In this document: positions 8,760-16,587 of the stretch, piece after piece | How positions within the stretch are numbered: the first letter of the stretch is position 1 | How the letters are laid out: every line of letters begins with the position of its first letter | From: an uncultured Gemmatimonadota bacterium | GTDB taxonomy: Bacteria > SM23-81 > DAOVCL01 | Reading direction: 5' to 3' | Length of the DNA: 64,000 nucleotides | NCBI GenBank assembly: GCA_964626665.1 | Contig: CAZVGK010000002.1 | Coordinates: 32,001-96,000 of the forward strand | The notes under the pieces: model-generated | Seen by the model: only the letters and a program-made list of their open reading frames with translations | The model's database searches: none | Told to the model about the DNA's origin: nothing | Made by a program: the position numbers and the translations under genes

Positions 8760-10718
8760 ATGGCTTTGCCCACGCCTAATTTGGATGATCGCAGTTTTCA
8801 ATCTATTGTCGATGAGGCAAAAAGCCTGATTCCCCGTTACTGTCCCGAGTGGACAGATCACAACCTAAGTGACCCGGGGATCACTTTGATAGAGCTTTTT
8901 GCCTGGATGACTGAGCTTACCCTTTATAGGCTCAATCAGGTTCCAGAAAAGAACTACATCAAGTTTTTGGAACTATTGGGCATCAATCTTCTTCCCCCGC
9001 GGGCGGCCAACGCCGAGCTGACCTTTCGCCTTTCTGCCCCCCAGTCGCAGAAGGTGATGATCCCCAAAGGGACCGAGGTGGCCACAGTGCGCACGGAAAG
9101 GGAGGAGTCTGTAGTCTTCACCACAGATAAGGATCTGGAGATAGATGTTCCCACCCTCATAGAGTGCCTGGCTACCTCCGAGGGGAAGACTTTTGAAAGC
9201 AGAATGACCTCCCTGGAGATGGCAGAGGGAGAATTTTTGGCCTTTGATCCTAAGCCCATGCCTAATAATGCTCTCCTCTTCGGCTTGGGAGGGGATTTAG
9301 GTGGCAATACTTTAGGCCTGGGGGTAAACTGTGAGATAGAGGGAATTGGTGTCTCCCCGGAAAATCCTCCTCTGGCCTGGGAGGCCTGGTGTGGAGAAAA
9401 GGGTTGGCTTCCCACGGAGGTGCTGAAGGAGACAACTGGAGGGTTTAACCTTAATGGAGTGGTGGAACTTGCGTTGCCAGAGGGGTTGGTGGGCAACGAA
9501 TTGGGCGGTAAATATGCCCATTGTTGGGTTAGGTGTCGGGTTATAGAGCCTGGGCCCAATCAGCCCTTTTACGAGAGCTCTCCCCGCATTAGAGGGGTGC
9601 GGGCTTACTCTGTGGGAGGGACCGTCTCTGCTACCCAGGCAACAGAGGTGAGGGGGGAAGTCTTGGGGATGAGCGAAGGGAAACCTGGGCAATCGTTTCA
9701 GTTGAGGAATAGTCCCATCCTTGCCCGGAGGCCAGAGGAGACGATTGAGGTGATTTCGGAGAGTGGGAAGGAGGTGGAGAGCTGGCAGGAGGTAGGGGAC
9801 TTTGCCAGCTCTGGCCCGGAAAAGAGGCATTTTGTCTGTGATAGCGCCCAGGGGCTGGTGCAATTTGGCCCGGCTATCAGGGAGCAGGATGGAACTATGA
9901 AACAATATGGGGCCATTCCCGCCAAGGGTTCACAGATAAGGTTTGTCTCCTACCGCTGTGGGGGAGGAGAGGGGGGAAATGTGGCCGCTGGTACTCTCAC
10001 AGTTCTCAAGTCCTCCATTCCCTATGTTGCTGGGGTGACAAACCGTAAGCCCGCGCGGGGAGGGGCCGATCTGGAAAGCTTAGAGAGAGCCAAACTGCTT
10101 GCTCCTAAGTTTCTCAGGGCGCGCAACAGGGCCGTCACGGCGGAGGATTTCGAGGTCTTTGCCTTGAGGGCCACATCTGGTGTTGCGCGGGCCAAGTGTC
10201 TGGGGGCAGCGGGAACAGATAATGTGGTAACCGTCTGCGGTGTCCCTGCCCTGAGTGGTTCCCCGGAACTTCTCACAAAGCAGAATCTCACCCTTCACCA
10301 GGAAGTTAAGAAGGAGATCGAGATCTATCTCAACGAGCGTTGCCTCCTCACCATCAGTACCTCTGTGCAAGATGCGGAGTATATTTGGGTGACAGTGGAA
10401 GCTGAGCTACAGGCTCAACCAGGGAGTGACTTAAAGAGGGTGAGGGAAGAAGCCGAGAAGGTTCTCTATGAGTATCTCCACCCCTTAAAGGGGGGGCCAT
10501 TTGGGGATGGTTGGCCCTTTGGGCGGGATCTGACCTCCTTTGAGCTCTATCCCCCGTTGCAGAGGGTGGGAGGGGTAGGGGCAGTGAGCAAGATTACCCT
10601 CTGGACCCACAGTGACTTAGAGGAGAAACCAGGCGATAAGGGAGATAGGGTAAAGGTCCCCAAAGCGGGGTTGATCTGCTCTGGCCATCATAGGGTTACG
10701 GTTGTGCAGGGGATATAA
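8760..10718 (+). CDS. baseplate J-like wedge protein (Afp11-like)
   Basis: LP.PNLDDR.FQ..VDEA...IP.YCPEWTDHN.SDPGITLIELFAW; GG...GNV; RAVTAEDFE; GWPFGR. Confidence 0.95.
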   Translation: MALPTPNLDDRSFQSIVDEAKSLIPRYCPEWTDHNLSDPGITLIELFAWMTELTLYRLNQVPEKNYIKFLELLGINLLPPRAANAELTFRLSAPQSQKVMIPKGTEVATVRTEREESVVFTTDKDLEIDVPTLIECLATSEGKTFESRMTSLEMAEGEFLAFDPKPMPNNALLFGLGGDLGGNTLGLGVNCEIEGIGVSPENPPLAWEAWCGEKGWLPTEVLKETTGGFNLNGVVELALPEGLVGNELGGKYAHCWVRCRVIEPGPNQPFYESSPRIRGVRAYSVGGTVSATQATEVRGEVLGMSEGKPGQSFQLRNSPILARRPEETIEVISESGKEVESWQEVGDFASSGPEKRHFVCDSAQGLVQFGPAIREQDGTMKQYGAIPAKGSQIRFVSYRCGGGEGGNVAAGTLTVLKSSIPYVAGVTNRKPARGGADLESLERAKLLAPKFLRARNRAVTAEDFEVFALRATSGVARAKCLGAAGTDNVVTVCGVPALSGSPELLTKQNLTLHQEVKKEIEIYLNERCLLTISTSVQDAEYIWVTVEAELQAQPGSDLKRVREEAEKVLYEYLHPLKGGPFGDGWPFGRDLTSFELYPPLQRVGGVGAVSKITLWTHSDLEEKPGDKGDRVKVPKAGLICSGHHRVTVVQGI

Positions 10719-10808
10719 GAAACAGTTCACGGTGATCAGCGGTCAGCTTCCAGTGTTACGGAAAACCGCTGACAACTGACAACTGACAACCGTTAAGAAT
10801 TGAGGACA

Positions 10809-11354
10809 ATGGAAAGAGAAAAGTTTCCCCCCAGCAGCTATCTCAAGTATCTCCCCGCCATCTACAGTCAAGATGAGTTTTGGGGGCGTTTTCTCCACAT
10901 ATTTGAAGATGTCTGGACCCCGATAGAGGAGAGAATAGAGCAGATGGGCCTCTATCTGGATCCCAGGTATACGCCAGAGAGTTTTCTCCCCTGGCTGGCC
11001 TCCTGGATGGGAATAGGGTTAAATTCCCGCAGGTCCCTAAGAGGACAGAGAGGGCTAATTAAAGATCTAATTGAGCTCTCCAACTGGAGAGGGACAAGGA
11101 GAGGGTTGCGGGAGCATATCAAGTTGGTCACTGGGTTTGAATCCCAAATATCGGAGAGTGGCACAGGTATGATCCTGGGTGAGGCCAGCCAATTGGGAGT
11201 GAATACGACCTTGAGCAGCAGTTCCGGTCGGAATCATCTACTCATTACTCTATTCGCTGATGATACCACCAAGGTGGATAGGGAGCTGGTGGGGGGAATA
11301 GTTCAGTTCCACCTCCCTGCCCAGGCCACATATTCATTGGAAATAGTTTCGTAA
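10809..11354 (+). CDS. P2 gpI-like baseplate/tail protein
   Basis: YLPAIY....F..RFL.IFE, YLDP..TP..FLPWLASW, RGT.RGL; ATG at 10809 after GAGG. Confidence 0.9.
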   Translation: MEREKFPPSSYLKYLPAIYSQDEFWGRFLHIFEDVWTPIEERIEQMGLYLDPRYTPESFLPWLASWMGIGLNSRRSLRGQRGLIKDLIELSNWRGTRRGLREHIKLVTGFESQISESGTGMILGEASQLGVNTTLSSSSGRNHLLITLFADDTTKVDRELVGGIVQFHLPAQATYSLEIVS

Positions 11355-11435
11355 CAGTTCACAGGAGAGGCAGTCAGCCCTCAGCGGTCAGCTATCAGAA
11401 GCCAGTTGTCAGGGATCAGTAGTCAGGGAAAATAG

Positions 11436-11795
11436 ATGAGTTTCAAGAGTTATCAAGATTTGGAAGTATGGCAGAGAGCGATGGACTTAGTCGTGCTGTG
11501 CTATCAGATGACAAGGGACTTTCCTAAGAGCGAGATTTATGGACTTACCAGTCAGATTCGTCGTGCTGCTGTATCGATCCCGGCAAATATTGCTGAAGGA
11601 CGGGAACGGCAACATAGCAAGGAGTTTCTTCAGCATCTATCCATAGCCTATGGCTCTCTTGCAGAGTTGGAGACTCATGTGCAGATAGCCAAACGATTGG
11701 ATTATATCGATGTGAGTCAGTTAAAGGGGGTATTGGGTAAATCAGCAGAAATTGGGCGAATGCTCAATGGTTTGCGGAGGTCTATACAGTCTTAG
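11436..11795 (+). CDS. four-helix-bundle protein (23S rRNA IVP/bAvd-like family)
   Basis: SYQDLEVWQ.AMDL...FP..E.YGLTSQIRRAAVSIPANIAEG...EF..HLSIA.GSLAELET; flanked by heptamer-repeat arms. Confidence 0.95.
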   Translation: MSFKSYQDLEVWQRAMDLVVLCYQMTRDFPKSEIYGLTSQIRRAAVSIPANIAEGRERQHSKEFLQHLSIAYGSLAELETHVQIAKRLDYIDVSQLKGVLGKSAEIGRMLNGLRRSIQS

Positions 11796-11886
11796 GAATC
11801 AGCAATTAGCAGTTAGTTGTCAGCAAGCAGGAAGAACTCCTGACAACTGACAACTGACAACCGACAACTGAAAAAGTGAGGGATCT

Positions 11887-13014
11887 ATGCTAAAAGGGAT
11901 TCTTCAAGGTTCCATCGAGAGAGTGAAGGGCTTTGAGGGGATGAGGGTCGATGCCACAGTGTGGAACCAGGCCCACGATTTCCATTTTTACCAACAGATG
12001 TTTCATAACCTTGGCTTCCATGGGGCTGGCATTGCTTCAGGATTGGAGGTGTTTGCGCAAAATCCGCCAGGCCGTTCCCTCATCATCAGTCCCGGCATTG
12101 CCGTTGACCAAAGGGGATATCCTATCATCCTATCTAAGAAGGAGGTCTATCCCTTAACCATTAAGAAGAAGGGAAAGGTTTATCTCAACATTCAGTTTGC
12201 CGAAGTTCCGGCAGAAGGGTCATCTCAGGGCCATCCCTACCGTTTCAAGCAAGCATATAGGATACAGGAGTCTCAGAATCCTCCAGGCGAGTTTGAGATC
12301 GAACTGGCCCAAGTGGAGATAACCGGTGAAAAGGAACCAATTACTGATGCCGCGGATCCCTCTCATCCGCAGGCAAACCGGATAGACCTCCGGTTCCGAA
12401 ATTACGCTGGTGGGCACATCAGAGGAGCGATTTCCCTGGGGCAGGTTAGCTGGGAGGGGGAGGGGGGAGCCCTCCATCTTGATGGCCTGTTTCAATTGAC
12501 TAACCATATCAATAACCAGACCCCTTATCGGGCTGAATTCGCCGGGCCAGTCCCGTTGAAGGGGGATCTCAACGGCTTTAATCTCCTCTATTTTTCTGCC
12601 GACGGAAGCTTTAAATTGACCGCAGAGGAGGAGAAGTCCTTGGCCAAGTTTCTAAACGGAGGCGGTTTCCTCTTCGGCAATGGATGTTCTCAGGTGCCCA
12701 AAAACGAGTTCGGCTTTGCCTTCAATGACTTAGCCACTAAGCTGAAGCGGTCGCTCTCCCAATTGAAACCTGATCATCCTATCCTCAAAGTACATTATCC
12801 TTTCTCTTACCCACCTCAGGTTTCCGGGGAGGGCAGGCCGCTGATGATCGGTGACGGTCTCGTATATTGCGACGCTGACTATGGTTGTGCCTGGAGTGGA
12901 AAGGGGGCCAAGGTAGGTATCTCCCGTGAGGAGATCCGCTCTGCCTTGGAGTTTGGCACAAATGTCCTCATCTATGGTTACCACAATTGGTTAAGACACC
13001 AAATGACCAAATGA
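11887..13014 (+). CDS. eCIS fibre-anchor-like N-terminal domain fused to a DUF4159-like domain
   Basis: N-terminal R...F.GM......W..AH..H...G.GI..GLEV...ISPG.AVD..G..I; C-terminal L..EE...L..FL..GGFL...HPI....Y...DYGCAW...G.N. Confidence 0.7.
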   Translation: MLKGILQGSIERVKGFEGMRVDATVWNQAHDFHFYQQMFHNLGFHGAGIASGLEVFAQNPPGRSLIISPGIAVDQRGYPIILSKKEVYPLTIKKKGKVYLNIQFAEVPAEGSSQGHPYRFKQAYRIQESQNPPGEFEIELAQVEITGEKEPITDAADPSHPQANRIDLRFRNYAGGHIRGAISLGQVSWEGEGGALHLDGLFQLTNHINNQTPYRAEFAGPVPLKGDLNGFNLLYFSADGSFKLTAEEEKSLAKFLNGGGFLFGNGCSQVPKNEFGFAFNDLATKLKRSLSQLKPDHPILKVHYPFSYPPQVSGEGRPLMIGDGLVYCDADYGCAWSGKGAKVGISREEIRSALEFGTNVLIYGYHNWLRHQMTK

Positions 13015-13569
13015 CGAATGGTAGCGAGAACCTTTAGGTTGCGAGAGGACAAGGAAACAGGGAACCGCAGATTAACGCAGAACTACGCAGATATGTGCGG
13101 GTTAAGGGCCTTCAGGCCCCTTGGTTCAACCCACGGCGGGCTAAAGCCCAGAGGAGGTTGCCCCTGCTTTTGCGGGGGTAGAATATTCTGTGTTGTTCCG
13201 TGTAAATCCGTGGTAGGTTTTTTTCTGTTTCTACCGCACTTTAGTGCAGGGTAAGGAGATCTTTAGCCCCTCGCACTTACTGGCTAGGCCATCAAAGATA
13301 ATCTCCTCCCCCTTGATGGGGTAGGACTAAGAAGAGGGTGACAATCGACTTAGCTCGGGAGTTTGTAGGGGTTGCATTTATGCGACCCTGCCTTGCGGGC
13401 TTGATAAGCCATGCCCCTACATAAAGAGAGGAGGGTGGCAGAATCGGGGTTTTGCCACCTCGCTTGTGACAAAATCCTGTAAATCCTGTTATCCTGTCAA
13501 AGAAGTTCCACCGAAGGTGGTAAAGTTCAATCATAGTCAAAATAGTACTTACAGTTCTTAATTTTTCCC

Positions 13570-13599
13570 TTGACTTCTCCCATTCCGTTACTGTATGAT
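13570..13599 (+). promoter_or_regulatory. possible sigma70 promoter for 13750..15663
   Basis: TTGACT-N18-TATGAT. Confidence 0.4.
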
Positions 13600-13749
13600 A
13601 GGATCAATCTGAACTAAGCACAAAATCGAGTGTAACAGTTTCCAGAGGCAAGGGATCAGGAGTCTTTCCTGGCCACTGAAAAGCTGACCGCTGAAAGCTG
13701 ACTGCTGATTGCTCTAAGCTGTTACTTTCATTAAACCAGGTGGAGGCCA

Positions 13750-15663
13750 ATGGCAAAGAAGATAATACTTTCCTTTTCTCAGTATACCATATCGCTGGAG
13801 GCAGGTGCTAATATAAAGAGCACCATCAGCATAATAAACCGTGGCTCAGTTGTTGACCAGTTTTCCGTTGAGGTTGAGGGACTGGAGGAAAGCTGGTACA
13901 CTTTGAGTGCCTCCAGTGTGAAGCTCTTTCCCGGCGGTCAGGAATCGATTACCCTTACCATTCATCCCCCTAAGGAGTCGTCGAGCAAGGCCGGGAAATA
14001 TCCATTCTCGATAAAGGCTGCCTCTGTGGAGAATCCTAAGGAGATAGCCACAGAGTTGGGCACCCTGGAGATTCAACCCTATCATGAATTTGGGGCTGAG
14101 CTCCATCCCACCCAGAGGGTAACCCGCGGTGAGGCAGACTTTCAGTTGACCATTCGCAATAAGGGCAACAGCCGAGAGACATTCAAGGTTAACGCCCAGG
14201 ACGAACAGGGGGGCTGTCAATTTAGATTCGAGGATGAGGAGGTCAAGTTAGACCCTGGGGAGAGCAGTAAAGTTGGCCTCTGGGTGGCGGCCAAGAGCAG
14301 GCCAAAGTTCGGAGCCAAGAAGCAATACTCCTTTCTGGTTAATGTAATCCCTGAGTGGAACAAGGAAGCCGCAGAGGTAGTTAGTGGTCAGGTTGCCTAT
14401 CTGGCTATGGTTCCTCGTTGGCTGGTGAGGGCAATAGTGCCTATCATAGTCGTAATTATAGCAGGTTTTTTGTTTCTGTGGCCGGTGAAAGCGCCGATTA
14501 TCCAATTCTTTTCCGTTTCTCCCGACTCCCTTTCTCCGGGTGGTTCCGCTCTGCTTAGTTGGGAGGTGAGGCAGGCCAAAAGCATCCTCATCCAACCCGA
14601 GCCTGGAAATGTAAAGGCCATAGATACGCTCAGGGTCTCTCCGGAGAAATCAACAATCTATACCATGACAGCTAAGAACAGAAGGGGGGTAACCAAGCAG
14701 AAAAAGGCATCGCTGGTGGTGGTCTATCCTCTGCCGGAGATTGTTAGCTTTGAGGCTCAACCGCAAAAGGTGAAGAACCCCACTAAGGGGGTAACCCTTA
14801 CCTGGAAGGTGGAAAAGGCTAAGAAGGTGAAGATCGAGCCAGACATCGGTGATGTTGCGGCAGAGGGCTCCAAAACCGCCTATCCGGAGAAGACAACCAC
14901 TTTTACCCTCACCGCTACCAATGAGGGAGGGGATGTGGAGAGAGGGGTAGATGTTATCTTAGAGTCCGATAGGGCCAGTTTTGATATGGAATTACAAGCG
15001 ACTGATAAAAGGATGAAGGACTACATTGCAACGGGGAAACACCTTTACAGGGAGAAACATCTTTATGATCAGGCAGTGGAGAAATTTAAGCTCAGCCGTA
15101 AGGAGTATACGAAATTCAAGAGGAAATTTGGGTCAGAGCCCACCTTAAAGAAATTAGATGGTGAAGCCGCCAGCTGGATCAGAAAGGTTTCCCTGCAAAC
15201 AAATAAGGAGAGTGCCTTTAAGGTGACCAGAGGCATTATGCAGGAGAAGTTAAACTCGGGGAAGGCCTTCTACCAGGCTGGCAGGCTGGGGGAGGCCCAA
15301 AAAGACTTTGAGGCCTGTATCCAAGGCTATCGAGATTTTAGGAAGAAGTTCGGCAAGCAAAAGGAGTTGGCTGGTCTGAGCACCTCCGCCCAGGAGTGGA
15401 TTAAGAAGATGAAAGGTGAGTCAAGCAAGGAGGGGTTACTTGAGGAAACCAGGAAGGCGATGAAGGAGCACAACGGCCTGGGTAAGGGATTCCATGACAA
15501 AGGGGAATATGACCAGGCAATCAAGGAGTTCAAATCCAGCTTGGAAAGCTATGAGAAGTTCAAAGCTAAGTTTGGTGTTGATCCCCAGCTCAAGACCTTA
15601 AATGCAGAGGCTCAAGAGGGGTTAGAAAAGGCGAAGATGGCGAAGGAGCTGGAGAGAAGGTGA
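13750..15663 (+). CDS. bitopic membrane protein: COG1470-like Ig domains, TM helix, two Ig-like repeats, three helical repeats
   Basis: I.N.G.VVD.F...V.GL...W......LFPG N-terminus; hydrophobic segment AIVPIIVVIIAGFLFLW; internal repeats visible; RBS GGAGG. Confidence 0.8.
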   Translation: MAKKIILSFSQYTISLEAGANIKSTISIINRGSVVDQFSVEVEGLEESWYTLSASSVKLFPGGQESITLTIHPPKESSSKAGKYPFSIKAASVENPKEIATELGTLEIQPYHEFGAELHPTQRVTRGEADFQLTIRNKGNSRETFKVNAQDEQGGCQFRFEDEEVKLDPGESSKVGLWVAAKSRPKFGAKKQYSFLVNVIPEWNKEAAEVVSGQVAYLAMVPRWLVRAIVPIIVVIIAGFLFLWPVKAPIIQFFSVSPDSLSPGGSALLSWEVRQAKSILIQPEPGNVKAIDTLRVSPEKSTIYTMTAKNRRGVTKQKKASLVVVYPLPEIVSFEAQPQKVKNPTKGVTLTWKVEKAKKVKIEPDIGDVAAEGSKTAYPEKTTTFTLTATNEGGDVERGVDVILESDRASFDMELQATDKRMKDYIATGKHLYREKHLYDQAVEKFKLSRKEYTKFKRKFGSEPTLKKLDGEAASWIRKVSLQTNKESAFKVTRGIMQEKLNSGKAFYQAGRLGEAQKDFEACIQGYRDFRKKFGKQKELAGLSTSAQEWIKKMKGESSKEGLLEETRKAMKEHNGLGKGFHDKGEYDQAIKEFKSSLESYEKFKAKFGVDPQLKTLNAEAQEGLEKAKMAKELERR

Positions 15664-15840
15664 CAAGGGACGGGGGGCAGTATTCAGCAGTCAGTTCTCA
15701 GGGGCCAGTTTCCGTGGTTCAATTTCCAGGACTCGGGCAAAACCCCTGACAATTGAGTAGTGTTCATGGGCTAAAAGCTGAGTGCTGATTGCTGACAGCT
15801 ATTAAGCGATTTTGTAGTCAATTTCAAAGAGGAGGGTTTT

Positions 15841-16278
15841 ATGAGGTTTTTGAGTGCAGTTATGACTCTGCTTCTGTTGGTCAACCTATGTGTGCCAGCA
15901 GTTGTCTTTGGACAGGAGGAGAAAAAGCCTTACAAGATCGAAGAGCTGGAGAAGCTGATCAAGGCTGGGGTCGTCTCCGACGAACGGATCATTGAACTAT
16001 TGTATGAAAACGGGCTCAGTTTTTACCCCGATGATGAAGCCATAGCCAGGTTGAAAAGGGCTGGGGCAAGTGACGAGGTGATAGAGGCCATGCGCACTGC
16101 TGAGCACCCGCCGAAACCCATAACGATTAAGGAGAAGAAACCAATTTACAAAAGGTGGTGGTTCTTAGGTGCAGCGGCTCTGGTGGTGGGAGGCACAGTG
16201 GCCCTGATAGCCACCAGGGGGGAGGAGAAGGAAAAAGCCCTTCCCGGTTTCCCCGGGCCCCCTAGCACTACTAAATGA
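15841..16278 (+). CDS. exported/membrane hypothetical protein
   Basis: signal peptide, helical core (L.KAGVSDE.I twice), KPIYKRWWF plus hydrophobic segment; RBS GGAGG. Confidence 0.75.
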   Translation: MRFLSAVMTLLLLVNLCVPAVVFGQEEKKPYKIEELEKLIKAGVVSDERIIELLYENGLSFYPDDEAIARLKRAGASDEVIEAMRTAEHPPKPITIKEKKPIYKRWWFLGAAALVVGGTVALIATRGEEKEKALPGFPGPPSTTK

Positions 16279-16315
16279 TTACATATCAAGATAAACCTCC
16301 TATGAGGAGGCACTT

Positions 16316-16534
16316 ATGGGGAGAATTATATTTGCCCTTTTCTCCCTTGTGGTTTCTTGGGTAATTTTGCTTCTGGAGACTGCTCCCGCTTTTGCTCAGC
16401 TTGACACAGCTTGGGTAAGAAGGTACAATGGGCCGGCAGATACTTCTGATAGAGCTAATGCCATAGACGTAGATGGTTCAGGCAATGTCTATGTAACTGG
16501 GTACAGTTACGGCATTGGGACAAGCGAAGCATAG
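16316..16534 (+). pseudogene. truncated SBBP beta-propeller repeat protein
   Basis: signal peptide then a single repeat DTAWVRRYNGP....D.A.AI.VD.SGNVYVTGYS and a stop. Confidence 0.7.
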
Positions 16535-16587
16535 GTCACAGTATCTATTTCTTGTAAACTATAAACCTGAAAAATGGAGGTTTTCAA

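Noticed and set aside
11436-11795. Diversity-generating retroelement (Avd-like gene) or 23S rRNA intervening sequence
   Set aside because: No reverse transcriptase, no template/variable repeat pair and no rRNA in the window
180-13014. Prophage or type VI secretion system
   Set aside because: No capsid, terminase or integrase, and no TssJLM/ClpV; gene set and DUF4157 fit an eCIS
13018-13540. Short ORFs at 13018, 13292, 7085, 46268, 50551 and 50778
   Set aside because: They are translations of palindromic or heptamer repeat DNA
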